Shown: positions 25,517 through 43,004 of the stretch, in pieces
Layout: each line of letters begins with the position of its first letter
How positions within the stretch are numbered: the stretch's first letter is position 1
Assembly (NCBI GenBank): GCA_951406725.2
Contig: OX597834.1
Location: forward strand, 36,146,001 to 36,210,000
Length of the DNA stretch: 64,000 nucleotides
Direction: 5' to 3'
From: Octopus vulgaris
Lineage: Eukaryota
Program-made: the position numbers and the translations under genes
Notes under the pieces: model-generated
The model's database searches: none
Seen by the model: only the letters and a program-made list of their open reading frames with translations
What the model was told of the DNA's origin: nothing

Positions 25517-25874
25517 ATTACCTCCGCCTTAGCGAAAGCGTAGGTAATGTTTTCAGTCGTGTTTGTTTATCCGTGGACAAGATATCTCAAGGACCACTGG
25601 ATGGATCCGGACGAAACTTTCAGGGATGTTTGGTCTCGTGACTGGCACAAAATGATTAGATTTTGAGATCGATCCGGTGCCGGGCAAGGATTCTGGATAA
25701 TTTTTCCTGTTTTTTTTTTTTTTACTTAATTTTTGAGAGCGGTCAGGTCCATTTTTAGTATTCTCATTTGAGAGAGCAGTCGAGTTTATTTCAGATATTC
25801 TTATTTTAAAAATCATCTCCAGGTAATCGTTGAGATGTTGGTGCTGCCTCGGTGGAGGTTTGTTTTCTCAGTGC

Positions 25875-25876
<2 letters not shown>
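25517..25876 (+). mobile_element. Non-autonomous Helentron/DINE-like element
   Basis: Begins ATTACCTCCGCC with a short hairpin; subterminal inverted GGTGGAGGT near the 3' end; typical GAAACTT/GATTAGATTTTG body. Confidence 0.5.
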
Positions 25877-25934
<58 letters not shown>

Positions 25935-25984
25935 CATCATCATCATCACCATCATCATCATAATCATCATCATCATCATCAGCA

Positions 25985-26015
<31 letters not shown>

Positions 26016-26028
26016 TATTATTATTTTT

Positions 26029-26094
<66 letters not shown>

Positions 26095-26469
26095 GTTGTT
26101 GTTGTTGTTGTTGTTGTTGTTATTATCATTATTATTAATATTATTATTATTATTGTTATTATTATTTTTATTATTATTATAATTATTGTTATTATTATTA
26201 TTGTTATTATTGTTATTATTATTGTTGTTGTTGTTATTGTTGTTGTTGTTGTTATTATTATAATAATAATAATAATTATTATTATTATTGTTGTTATTAT
26301 TATTGTTGTTATTATTATTATTATTGTTGTTGTTATTATTGTTGTTGTTATTATTATTGTTGTTATTATTATTGTTGTTATTATTGTTATTATTATTATT
26401 ATTATTATTTTTTTTTTTTCCGCGCGTCTCTCTTGTACGTACTAACTCTCGAACCACTACTACACTAAC

Positions 26470-27890
26470 TGGAGGCGTTGAGAGACATACCGCGTGATCT
26501 AAGGTTTGAGAGATGCGTGTCGGCATATGCCGACGACCTCACCGTAGTGGTGTCGGATCATAAACATAAAATATACACAAAAATGATCGATACCGCTTTC
26601 AGAGACTATGAAGCGGTTTCAGGAGCGACAGTTAACCAGGAAAAATCAGTAGGTTTGTAGCTCAGCACCTAGAGAAGCAAGTCCATGCCGTCCAACTGCG
26701 TCGTTGGCGCTGGACGGATGAACCGGTTAAATATTGTTCGGGGTTCAGTTGAGTCCACACCTCCAGATGGACAAAAACTGGGACGAGGTAGCAAGCAGGG
26801 TGACTACCCTCACCCAGAAATGGACCGAGAGAAAGCTATCTCTGAATAGTCGAGTAGAGGTGGATAACGCGTATATCGCGTCCGTCACCTACTATCGTTT
26901 GCCCGTCGTGCCTTGTCCTGGCCACCGTCTGATTACATTGGAGCGTATAATCTTCCGCTTCTTATGGAAGGGTCATGTTCCGATGGTCAGGTGGTCTGTC
27001 TACTGTCAACACCCGCTGCGTGGTGGCCTAGGCATGCCGTGGTTGATGATGTGCAGACATGCGCTGAGGCTAGGACATCTCCAGTGTTTCCTTGATGGTG
27101 AACAGGTGTGGTCACCGTTCACCAAACACGTATTTCCGCAACTAGTTTCTTTAACGGTTTTCAGTCCTGGGTAAAACAGAGACCTAGGAGGGGCATTTGG
27201 AAAGTGAAATGTCATCAAACGCTCACAGCCCTCAGCCAATCGGACAGTACGATAGGTGGAATGTCCACTTTAACCTTTTATAGAGGATTAGAGGTGGAAA
27301 AAGCGACGACATTCTTGAAGAGACCTTAGGCCTCGAAGAAGATCAGCTAGTCGCTCTTTTCCGGAGAACTTTCGGCGAACCATCATGAAGATCGCCCCAC
27401 CGCCTTCCTTTAACCGGGAAGGAAAGGCTACCTGATGACCATGGCGAAAAAGGTTGTATGGTGGACGAGATTAAAGGGGCTGAAAATAAACACTTTTCTC
27501 TTTGGCCAATTCCTGATCAACTTCTTCAAGTTTCACTTAAAAAGGAAAATAAGGTTTGAGAGGGAAGTGTTGTCTTCTAGCCAGTTTGCTGAAAGGGGGA
27601 TGAAAGTGGCGAGAATGGTGCGAGTGAACTGACCTGCCCTATGCATACGCCTGTAGTTGGAAAAAAACAGAAACCTGCCCCCAAAGTCAGGGTACCCATG
27701 TTTTTTTTAGGTTTTTTCCACGAGCAGCCCTCGAACATATCTCCCTATTGAGGACTGCATATTATTAATTTCTTTCTTCTTTTTTTTAAATATTAAATGT
27801 TAGTCTTGTTTACCTGCAAAACCCTCACAGCAACACACACACTCACATTTTTTTGTTTTGTTCTGTACTGTCAATAATGCTTTTCTAAAT
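26470..27890 (+). mobile_element. Degenerate 5'-truncated Tx1/L1-like LINE
   Basis: RT motif AYADDLTV; then W..R.LS...R, RFLWKG and GGLGMP; stop codons and frameshifts. Confidence 0.75.
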
Positions 27891-27977
27891 GTAAATCATT
27901 GTGGTTAGTAAAAAAATCCTGCTCCTCCCCCCGCCTCCTCCTCCTCCTCATCCTCCCGCCTCCTCCTCCTCATCATC

Positions 27978-31250
<3,273 letters not shown>

Positions 31251-31380
31251 CATCATCATCATCATCATCATTATCATTATCATTATTATTATTGTTATTG
31301 TTATTGTTATTGTTGTTGTTGTTGTTATTGTTATTGTTATTATTATTATTATTATTGTTATTATTATTATTATCATCATC

Positions 31381-31412
<32 letters not shown>

Positions 31413-31495
31413 CATTATTATCATTATTATCATTATTATTATTATTATCATTATTATTATTATCATTATTATTATTATTATCATTATTATTATTA

Positions 31496-31526
<31 letters not shown>

Positions 31527-31682
31527 CATTATTGTTAATATTATTATTATTATTATCATTATTATTATTACTATTATTATCATTATTATTATCATTATTA
31601 TTATTATTATTATTATTAATATTACTATTACTATTACTACTACTACTACTACTACTACTACTACAACAACTACTACTACTAC

Positions 31683-31744
<62 letters not shown>

Positions 31745-31750
31745 CTACAG

Positions 31751-32018
31751 TGTAGATCACATAGATGTTCCGGACATGAACGAACAAGCGCATATTTGGA
31801 AGGGTGGTAGCGTGTCAGACTACAACCGAATGTCTTTCACAGCTGCCTGTGAAATCGATTTGAAACGATTCCCATTTGATACACAGACTTGTGAATTGGT
31901 CTTCGGATCCTGGTTGTTCAGCGGTGATTTTGTGAACCTTACGACGAGATTTGATAATCCTTATATATATCACGAGAGAAGTTTCAGCAAGTGGCATATC
32001 GAGAGTGCAAAAGCCAAA
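31751..32018 (+). CDS. Gene 1 exon 4: loop E, Cys-loop, loop B, loop F
   Basis: CCTACAG acceptor; C-x13-C loop CEIDLKRFPFDTQTC followed by LVFGSW; GTAAGG donor, phase 0. Confidence 0.95.
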
Positions 32019-32044
32019 GTAAGGAAAGACAACTCTTTATGTTT

Positions 32045-32450
32045 ATTCTGTTATTCTTTTACTTGTGTCGGTCATTTGAATGCGGTCATGCTGGAGCACC
32101 GCCTTGAAGGGTTTTTTTTTAGTCAAACAAATTGACGCAAGGTCTTTATTCTTTGTAACCATAGTACTTATTCTATTGGTCGCTTTTGACGAACCGCTAA
32201 TTTACAGGAACATAAACACACCAGCTTTGGTTGTCAAGCGATGGCAGGGGACAAACACTGGCACATACAAACATACACACACGTATATACGATATGCTTC
32301 TTTCAGTTTCCGTCTACCAAATCCACTCACAAGGCTTTGGTGTGCTCGAGGCTATAGTTAGAAGACACTTGTCCAAGGTGCCACACTGTGGGACTGAACC
32401 TGGAACTATGTGGTTAAGAAGCAAGATTTTTACCACACAGCCACGCCTGG
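32045..32450 (-). mobile_element. SINE family A copy (antisense), starting ~25 nt after exon 4
   Basis: Reverse complement of the 8-418 family. Confidence 0.75.
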
Positions 32451-32799
32451 ACCTTTATTTGATTGATTTTTTTTGTTTTTGAAGGTCTTCGGGAAAACAA
32501 ATGTCTGGCATTACTTGTTCCAGCACTTTACGCTCTTATTTCAAATCGCACCGTGATCAGTGTTGTTGTTCTCATCCTCCTCTTCATTTTTAGGATTCTG
32601 CTGCCTTGTCAAAAGCTGGACAAAAATGGCAAGACAAGTGAGACTGAATGTATCAACTCTGAGAATATGCTTTCTCCTAAGCAGGAGGAAAGAAATTGGA
32701 AGAGGGCACCTTCTTATGCCTTGAGGATAGCAGAGTAACCCGAGACTTGTGCGTGAGGTTTACCCCCAATTACCCCAAGTGGACTGCTACCTATTGGGA

Positions 32800-33790
32800 G
32801 ATTCTAATTATTAATTATTCATTTTTCTAATTTCTATTTCTATTTCTTCCCCTTTTCGTCCATTACCTTTTCTGGTGTATGTTGGTACCAAGCACCCGTA
32901 ACCTCATATCCATATTTACGCCATAGTTGCCAGTGGAGGTTTTTGGTTACCTTGTCGTGTCTACACTTGTACTCTTTCTGCGCAATACTTTCACAAGCAC
33001 TAACAATGTGAGTCACACGTTCGACCCTCTTCCCACACATTCTGCAGAGGTCCGATGCACTTGTGTGGTGTATATTCTTTTTCACTGAGTTGGTATTCAA
33101 TGCCTGATCCCAGGCAGCTATTATTAGGCTTTCAGTCTGCTTTTACTAGGTCATCCTTGCTGAGCTACCTCCATGATGCTTCCTGTTTTTTTAAGTTACT
33201 AGCTTCATGGTGGAACTAACCATGAAATTCCATGCGGAGTAGAGTTTCTTCTCTCTCGTTGGCTGTTCTTGGCTGTTCTTGATCGGAATTCATGAGCACT
33301 CTCAAGTTCATTTTTGGTAAATCCTTCTACATTAGTAGCATACTGTAGCAGGTCTTAAGTGTTGTTTACCAAATATTCTGCCATGTTTCTTCTTTCGCTG
33401 TTGATGCACTCCCGTACGCTAATCAGCTCACGTCCACCTTTACACCTCATCATGTAGAGCCTGTGTATGTTCACCTTAGGGTAGAGGGCACCATGGATTG
33501 TTATTGTCTTTCGGGTAGTGCGATAGAGTTGGATAATCTCCGTTTGTGTCCATTTCCGGATGGGTACACCATTGTGGACTACAACAACAACCCATATGTT
33601 GAGGGCTGTCACAAGGTTCCTTGAGTTTGAGCTTTTATTTCAAGAGAAGTTTCATGCCCATGAAACATGCAGCGATGACCTTATCTTTCAATTCTCTGTG
33701 CAAGTATTGCCCAGCTCCAGAACCCCAAAGTACTTGTACCCATCATCATACGGGTCTTTTCCACTCTTCCTGTTTTAAAGTGATGGATCT
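32800..33790 (-). mobile_element. Degenerate R4/Dong-like LINE fragment (second family)
   Basis: CRMCGKRVERVTHIVSAC..YKCRHDKV and LYPKVNIHRLY..GGREL; related fragment at ~59300-60020. Confidence 0.75.
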
Positions 33791-33893
33791 AAGGTGTACG
33801 TAAATTAGGTGGCCAGACTCTGCACAAGGAGCACACAATCACCCTATATATATATATATACATATATACATTTACATACATATATATATATAT

Positions 33894-33946
<53 letters not shown>

Positions 33947-33955
<9 letters not shown>

Positions 33956-34198
33956 TTAATAAGGGTGAGAGAATTAGATACTAATTTAATAGTATATCCA
34001 TTCAGCACCAAGTGGCCCAGTGCTCCGAGAAACCTGGATTATTACGACCACTCTCTTATATTTATTTTGTAAAAATATTATAATATATTATAAAATATTG
34101 TAATAATCCAGGTTTCTCGGAGCACTGGGCCACTTGGTGCTGAATGGATATACTATTAAATTAGTATCTAATTCTCTCACCCTTATTAATTAATTATA
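33947..34198. repeat. Long inverted repeat (~99-bp arms, 54-nt loop)
   Basis: 33947-34045 is the reverse complement of 34100-34198. Confidence 0.9.
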
Positions 34199-34615
34199 AT
34201 TATGCTACATTTATTTCTAAATGTAGTATTTGTTTTCCGTGAAAGTTTGGCGCGCTGTTAGTAGGGGCATTTGAATTATAACGTCGGATGTAATCAATTG
34301 AACCACACGTGTATTTATCGTTATGGTAAAATCTGGCGTGTGATTGAGTGGATTTCATCCAGATAGTTTTGGCTGAGGAGCTACAAGTGGATTTTTTTGT
34401 AAGTAAAATTACATTTAATTCATTAATAGCGAAACAATTGTCCCAAGATAATCTGTATTTTTATTTTTTATTTGCCCTGTTCGTGTGAGCTAACAATCGT
34501 ACTGACTTTCATGGGAAACATGTATTTTTGTGGTTGAAACCTTTTGGATTAACTAGTGCTAGAGTGAGCCATATAGTGACCACTCTCTTATATTTATTTT
34601 ATATATTATTTATTT

Positions 34616-34667
<52 letters not shown>

Positions 34668-34931
34668 TGCACCTATGTATGTATACACACACACACATAT
34701 ACATATACATATACATAAATATATATATATATATATGTATGTATGTATGTATACCGGAGTAAGCACATAAATGTGAAACAAGGGGGAAAAATAGTACTCA
34801 AATACTAGAGGTAGAAGAATACGCTTTATTTAAAATTAGCAGAAATTTCACAAAAGCTGTTACTAACAAAACTGTCCGAAGAACGGGAACGTGAAATTCC
34901 GAGTGATATTTCTGGTGATTTTAAATAAAGC

Positions 34932-34964
<33 letters not shown>

Positions 34965-35136
34965 TGTATGTATGTATGTATGTATGTATGTATGTATGTA
35001 TGTATGTATGTATGTATGTATGTATGTATATATATGTGTGTGTGTGTGTAGATATATATGTATATATATGTATGTATATATGTATATGTATAAATATTTA
35101 TATATATATATGTATATATGTAGATATGTATATGTA

Positions 35137-35207
<71 letters not shown>

Positions 35208-35432
35208 TTATATGTATCTATGTTTATAAATATATGTATTAATGTATAAATATATATATATATATGTATATATATTGTCTCATTTTATTTAACACACGCA
35301 CACACACACACCACACACACACACTCACACACAGACGCATACACACATATACACTCACATGCAAATCTAACAGAGGCCTCAAAATACATTTTAAGATTCA
35401 CAAAGATTCAAATGAATTGCTATTATTTTGCT

Positions 35433-35504
<72 letters not shown>

Positions 35505-35615
35505 CGTTTGTAATATGGGTGTATGGGTGTTATTGCAGAATGAGATTCTTAACCACTACTTTTAACGATGTTTCCTCTCCACGTTGTCAACACTTCTTTC
35601 TACATTTTGTAACAG

Positions 35616-35796
35616 GTAATTATCAAAATTTACGCTTGTTGTAAGGAACATTATCCCGAGTACGTCGTCACATTCGTTTTACGCCGCTTAACAACCTATT
35701 CCAGTCACGTGCTCGTTTTCCCGGCCATACTCCTCAGCGCCTTGGTTCCTTTCTTGTTTTTGATACCTCCAGAATCTAAAGAACGTATCACATTAG
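35616..35796 (+). CDS. Gene 1 exon 5: loop C with vicinal cysteines, pre-M1, M1, start of M2
   Basis: AACAG acceptor; VIIKIYACCKEHYPEYVVTFVLRRLTTYSSHVLVFPAILLSALVPFLFLIPPESKERITL; GTATGT donor, phase 1. Not shown in the ORF track. Confidence 0.95.
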
Positions 35797-35995
35797 GTAT
35801 GTAGCCATGTGCGTTGCAGTGAGTTTCCTATGAGCTAAATTTAATTCACAATCTCTTTCACACACATACCCACACATGACACACACGTACACACTCATGT
35901 ATATATTATACATACATACACACACACACACATATATATATATTTATATATATTTATTTATATATTTATATACACACATACATATATACTGGATG

Positions 35996-36331
35996 GAAGC
36001 ACTCCGTCGGTTAGGACGACGAGGGTTCGTGAAATTAACGTGCAAGTGGCTGAGCACTCCACAGACACGTAGTTCTCGGGATATTCAGCGTGACACAGAG
36101 AGTGACAAGGCCGGCCCTTTGAAATACATGTACAACAGAAACAGGAAGTAAGAGTGAGAGAAAGTTGCGGTGAAAGAGTACAGCAGGGATCACCACCATC
36201 CCCTGCCGGAGCCTTGTGGAGCTTTAGGTGTTTTCGCTCAATAAACACTCACAACGCCCGGTCCGGGAATCGAAACCGCGATCCTATGACCGCGAGTCCG
36301 CTGCCCTAACCACTGGGCCATTGCGCCTCCA
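35996..36331 (-). mobile_element. SINE family B copy (antisense)
   Basis: Reverse complement of 19964-20347 with deletions. Confidence 0.85.
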
Positions 36332-36937
36332 CCCTACATATATGTTGAGGGCTTATATGCCTCTTTATTAGACTATTTTCCTTAGTCATTGCACGGTGAT
36401 TGCCATAAGCTTTAAGCTTATAAAGAAATACCATTAGTATTACTTACAGGATTGTAAACTCGGCGCCGTATAAAAAAATCCATTCGCATCTATTTCTCGG
36501 CATATTTGGCATAGGAATTATTTCTTTTGCCATTGTTTATAAGGTGTACATTTATGGGTGTATATATTATATGCATTTACGCTTAGATTATATATGTATA
36601 TATATAAAATATAAATTAGAGATAAAACCACTATTATGCAACTCAATAATTATATTATAATATTTATATTGTGAAATTCGATTTAATACTAAATTGAATT
36701 TTTCCCTGTAAGTTTGGAGTTATACTCCCTAATATTATTATTATGTATATACGTATACATATATATATATATATATATATGTACACTTTCGTGTATATAA
36801 AGTAGCTATACATATTTCTGTGTGTATAACCTGACAATACATTTATGTATGCAAATTAAATTTATATAAATATATTTCTATATATATTATGTATATCCCA
36901 GAATTCCTATTACTCTTATGATATTTTATCATGTTAT

Positions 36938-36975
<38 letters not shown>

Positions 36976-37137
36976 CTCTCACAACATCTCTGTCTCCACT
37001 TCCTCTCTAATCCCTCTCCCTGTCTGTCTGTCACTCTCGCGCTCTCTCTCTCTCTCTCTTTCTATGTCTATGTTTCTCTTAATTATGTCGTTGTTTCTCT
37101 ATTCCTCAATCTCTCTCTCTCTCTCTTTCTTTCTTAG

Positions 37138-37224
37138 GAATCGCCCTCATAGCGCTGTGCATCATGGGAATCAATGAAATTAACACTGTTATACCAAGAT
37201 ACCATTCGAATGTCCCGATCATTG
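37138..37224 (+). CDS. Gene 1 exon 6: M2 and M2-M3 loop
   Basis: Pyrimidine tract plus TAG acceptor; GIALIALCIMGINEINTVIPRYHSNVPII aligns gap-free to the alpha7 M2/M2-M3 segment; GTAAGT donor, phase 1/1. Confidence 0.9.
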
Positions 37225-37252
37225 GTAAGTAAAACAATGATAATGATAATGG

Positions 37253-37304
<52 letters not shown>

Positions 37305-37355
37305 AGCAATTGTTGTGCAGTTATAGTACACATTTGCTTATGAATGTATGTAATG

Positions 37356-37404
<49 letters not shown>

Positions 37405-37717
37405 ATAAATGGTGGGGTTGTGTTGACCGCACGTGGAGAAATGATAAGTAAGGAAAAATTTTTTTTAAAATGCAGAATGCTCAAATGAAAGAAAATTTTA
37501 ATAAAATGAGAAATTGATAAAATATATAAATATATATTTATTCAACCGGTTTTCGTCATTGTATGACTTGTCAAGAATATTTATGTTTTAAAAAGTTTTT
37601 TTAAAAATTAGAAAGGGGAAAAAAAGAAAATTGCATTGTTTTTAGTAAAAGAATAATGATAAAAATGTATAAAAAAAAAAATTTTTCCTAACCTATATAT
37701 ATATATATATATATATA

Positions 37718-38102
37718 CTAGCAGTATCACCCGGCGTTGCTCGGGTTTGTAAGGGAAATAACTATAAAGCATTTTTAGAGAGTTATAGCCAAAAAATAGC
37801 AAAAAAATTTGAAAAAAAATTATGGTAAATTTTTTTTTTAGTTAAAAAAGGTCGAGTTGCGTCCCCTAGACAGTCTGTGGTTTGTGTTTCTGATTCTCGA
37901 CCCCATGTCGAATTTATCGATTTTTTTCAGAACTGGGGGCACTTTTCAAAATTTTCGCTGCGTTAGTTTTGAATTATGACATTGGGCTATGTGTGTGTCA
38001 AGTTTCATCAGAATCGGTTGAAAGCCGTGGTCAGGGTGAGGGTACAACCAAACAGACACACAGAAACACACACAGACACACTGCCGTTTATATATAGAGA
38101 GA
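37718..38102 (-). mobile_element. Non-autonomous Helitron
   Basis: On the minus strand: 5' TC start, 3' hairpin CCCGAGCAACGCCGGG then CTAG, inserted between A and T. Confidence 0.8.
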
Positions 38103-38399
38103 TATAGTTAATTCAAACATGAAAACACAAAGAGAAAACACAACAACGCGAGGACATGGAACAAGTATAGTGTTATTGGATGCTCAGGAAAGGAAAGAAA
38201 GAAGGATTCAACGTTTCGAGCGGAGCTCTTCGTCACAAAAAAAAGGAAATATATAAATAAGTAAATCAATAAAGAACTGAGTGAATAAAACTTTAATTTA
38301 CTCACTTAATCATATTTATTTACTTATTAATAAATAGACCTAATTGATGTTTGTAAGCTGATGTTTATCAAATAATTATCTTCCCCATTTTATTCTTTG

Positions 38400-38440
<41 letters not shown>

Positions 38441-38441
<1 letters not shown>

Positions 38442-38737
38442 TAATTATAATTAAGGGTTAATTGCAACAAGTTGCTCAAAACCACATACCGAAAACATTA
38501 TATTGACAAGGAAATGAGTCTTCGGTTCTAATCCAGAAACGATTCGTCTATAATTAATCCATAGGCTGGGATTTCGTTATTTTCTTCCTTTTATGCCATA
38601 TACAGGTTACAAATTCTGTTTGTTTGTGGAGACTTTTTATTAGTAGAAGAAATAGTGATAAATTTGGCTGCTATTTCTAATATTTTCGGTATGTGGTTTT
38701 GAGCAACTTGTTGCAATTAACCCTTAATTATAATTAT
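38441..38737. repeat. Inverted repeat (~60-bp arms)
   Basis: 38441-38500 is the reverse complement of 38678-38737 (one mismatch seen). Confidence 0.85.
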
Positions 38738-38824
38738 TATAAACCTTACCAAATATGGTCTATTCCATACCGATAAATCTACTAGGTGAAATTTATTAAT
38801 TTTATTAAATTAATTATATTCCAC

Positions 38825-38941
<117 letters not shown>

Positions 38942-39269
38942 TGTTTGTTTGTGAATTTATGCTACCATTGGTTTCATGTTAAGAAGAGTAGGAAAATATC
39001 CCAGCATCTTAACAATTTCTCAAGTAGATAACATGGAGAAAGGTGTTCGCCTCCAATTTGGAAAACCCTTTCGTTTCATTCACGGGATATCTCGTAAATT
39101 CGCGTAAATGAAACAATGAAGCAATGAACTAAGCGACGCTATTCTAGAAGGCATTTTTTTTTGAGTTCGACTCCCTTGGATTTGTGTTTTCTGTAAATTT
39201 CTTAATTTTTATTTTTGCATTATTCGTTTGAGCTTGTTCTGGGCATGGTGTTTTGTACTTATATCTCCT

Positions 39270-39495
39270 TTCTCTTTTTCTCTTTTACTTATTTCAGTCA
39301 TTTGACTGCGGCCATGCTGGAGCACCGCCTTTAGTCGAGCAAATCGACCCCAGGACTTATTCTTTGTGAGCCCAGTACTTATTCTATCGGTCTATTTTGC
39401 CGAACCGCTAAGTGACGGGGACGTAAACACACCAGCATCGGTTGTCAAGCAATGCTAGGGGGACAAACACACACACACAAACATATACACACACA

Positions 39496-39543
<48 letters not shown>

Positions 39544-39708
39544 TACGACAGGCTTCTTTCAGTTTCCGTCTACCAAATCCACTCTCAAGGCATTGGTCGG
39601 CCCGGGGCTATAGCAGAAGACACTTGCCCAAGATGCCACGCAGTGGGACTGAACCCGGAACCATGTGGTTGGTTAGCAAGCCACTTACCACACAGCCACT
39701 CCTGCACC
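39270..39708 (-). mobile_element. SINE family A copy (antisense)
   Basis: Near full-length reverse complement of 8-418. Confidence 0.85.
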
Positions 39709-40384
39709 TATAGTGAGACTTATTTCTTCTTTGTGTGGAGTTTGTGACATTTCTTCTTTGTTGTGTGAAATTTGTGTGCTATGTGTAATCACGTATATGG
39801 CGGGGGGGGCTATCTTGGTAAGGTTGTCCTCATTTATAGTTACCCTCGTTTATAGCGGGTTTCTCTAAATTATTAGAGCATAAAATATTGCTGATGTATG
39901 CAGAGAGAAGCGGGTTCATCTCATTTATTGTTTCATTAACGTGAACTTACGAGAAATCCTGTGAGGCGAACATCCATCTCCAAGTAATCAGCTTGAAAAA
40001 TTGTTAAGACACTTGGATATTTTCTTATTCTTCTTAACCTGAAACCAATGGTAGCCTTAATTCACAAATAAAGAATTTATTTAACCACCAATGCCGTGTT
40101 TACCACTCATTTCATCGTTCTATATTTACGTATATATATTTATATATATATATATATAGTCGCCATGATAGATCGGTAGCCACTACACACATTTTTTTTC
40201 TATCCTTTTTTTCTATCCTTGTTTTTTTCTGTGTCCCTTTCTTTAGAAGAGCGTAGGTTCGAAACGTAAAATACATTTTTCAATTCCTGAGCGTTATACT
40301 AATACATTTGTTTGTTTTGTACTCCACCTGTCTTCGTCTTTTGTTTTTTTCATGAACTCTCCTCTACACAGACACACACACACA

Positions 40385-40485
<101 letters not shown>

Positions 40486-40616
40486 ATATGTATATTATAT
40501 ATAGAGAGAGAGGTGCAGATGTAAGCCGAAACGATCGTAGTGCTAAATAAAGCTTACATTACACTCTGTCTTCCCTATCAATTAATTATTATATATACAC
40601 ACACACGCACACACAG

Positions 40617-40652
<36 letters not shown>

Positions 40653-40672
40653 TGTTTTGGTTTCTTTTACAG

Positions 40673-40791
40673 TAATATACTATGTGCTTACGTTGGTGTG
40701 GGTAGCCTTGTCCGTAATTCTCTCCATATTTGTCCTGAACATTCACAACAGAGGACCAAGAAGAAAGAAGGTTCCAGCCATAATCCGGCAG
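40673..40791 (+). CDS. Gene 1 exon 7: M3 and MX helix
   Basis: TTTTACAG acceptor; VIYYVLTLVWVALSVILSIFVLNIHNRGPRRKKVPAIIRQ (nAChR-typical VLNxHxR..P); GTGAGA donor, phase 0. Confidence 0.93.
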
Positions 40792-41329
40792 GTGAGACTT
40801 GTTACTGATACATTTTCTGCCGTATGAAGGAAACGCTATTTTTGTGGTAACTAAAGCTATGATCTATGAAATCCATGCCTGGCCACCCCGTCTTTTCTTC
40901 ATAAAATACTACACTGACCAATGTGTCTTTCATTCATTTGACACAGTAGGGTCTGATTCGAGGGGGTTCAACTAATATTTTTTGCAGTTAAGGTTGACAT
41001 CGATAAGGCTTCAACAGAACTTGGATTCATTACTGTGGCTGCAGCTCAGTGTCATCTGGGTTGTAGACCAAACATCAAAGACACTCTAGCTGTGAACTCT
41101 CCAACGTTTTGCATACAAAAGACTATTTTATCTACTATGTTCTTCATTTCTCTAAAATTGTAGGGTGTGGCTTGGGACACGAAGAAATTGCCTTCTTCAT
41201 AATGTTTACGGAAGCGTTGGTCGGATATATATATACTAGTACAGTTCTATATTTAAGAGATGAGGAATTATGTATATTATTTACATTATTTACATTTGAC
41301 GGATACTTGTTCTCATCTTCTTTGTTGTT

Positions 41330-41375
41330 AACACAACATTTCGGCTGATATACTCTCCAGCCTTCATCAGGTGTC
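41330..41375 (-). ncRNA. Minimal type I hammerhead motif (canonical CUGAUGA) in a Penelope-type repeat
   Basis: GACAC-CUGAUGA-A-GGCUG(10 nt)CAGCC-GAA-AUGU-U-GUGUU; a decayed inverted copy lies at ~41490-41630 across an (AAT)n tract. Confidence 0.6.
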
Positions 41376-41410
41376 TTGGGAAAATTTCGAAAAATACCTT
41401 AGGAATAATG

Positions 41411-41474
<64 letters not shown>

Positions 41475-42299
41475 TAATAATAATAACATCGAAAGAAGCA
41501 TCTTAGTAATGAGAACCCAGGTTCAAAATTTCACCAAGACATAAAGGCTGAAGAGTATATCAGTCGAAATGTTAACAACAAGCAAGATGAGGACAAATGT
41601 CCGTCAAATGTAAATAATGTAAATAATATACACCAATAATATACACCTTATCACACTTTGTGTCACGCTAAATCTCGCCGAGTACTACGCTAAAGGTAGA
41701 CGTGTCTGTGGAGTGCTCAGCCACTTGCACGTTAATTTCACGAGCAGGCTGTTCTGTTGATTGGGTCAACTGGAACCCTGGTCGTCGTAACCGACGGAGT
41801 GCCATGTTGGCAGACTTCATGTGGTACGGCCAGTGTACTGTATATACAGGAATTAGTCGTTAGTACAGAGTATTTCAGGCATTCCAGTTGAACCAGTCGA
41901 CAGAACGGCCTGCACTTGAAATCAGCGCGTAAGTGGTTGCGCATTCCACGGACACGCTTACCCTTAATGTTGCTCCTGGAAGGACTTTATCATCTAAATA
42001 TATATGTTTGTGTGTCTGTGTTTGTCCCCCTAGCATCGCTTGACAACTGATGCTGGTGTGTTTATGTTACCGTCACTTAGCGGTTCGGCAAAATAGACCG
42101 ATAGAATAAGTACTGGGCTTACAGAGAATAAGTCCCGGGATCGAGTTGCTCGATTAAAGGCGGTGCTCCAGCATGGCCGCAGTCAAATGACTGAAACAAG
42201 TAAAAGAGTAAAGAGTAAAGAGTATGCGAATGTCTAGAAATGCAACTATAGGCATAAAACAAAACGCATACAAATCTGCACATGTACACACACACACGC

Positions 42300-42340
<41 letters not shown>

Positions 42341-42973
42341 TACACACGCATACACACACACACACATGCAAAAATACCCCGCTGTTGATTATTTACATTA
42401 TTTACAATATCCGTCAATTGTAAATAATGTAAATAATGTACTTAATTCCTCATCTCTTAAATATAGAACCTGTTGTTGATGTTGAAATTTCAATGAAAGA
42501 ACCTTGAATCTATGTTAGAAACCGGTTCAAGAAATCTTGAAATAAAACCGAAAAATGGCATACATACATACATACATACACATATACATACATACATACA
42601 TACGTACGTACGTACATACATACATACATACATACATACATACGTACATACGTACATACATACATACATACATACATACACACAATCATACACACACACA
42701 TACATACATACATACATACATACATACATACATACGTGCATGCATACATGCATGCATGCATACATACATACACACATATATCCATACATACATACATACA
42801 TACATGCATGTATGCATGCATACATACATACATACATACATGCATGTATACATATATACATACATACATACATGTATATATGCATGCGTACACACAATCT
42901 CACACACACATACATACATACATACATACATGCATGCATACATGCATGCATACATACATACATACATGCATGC

Positions 42974-43004
<31 letters not shown>

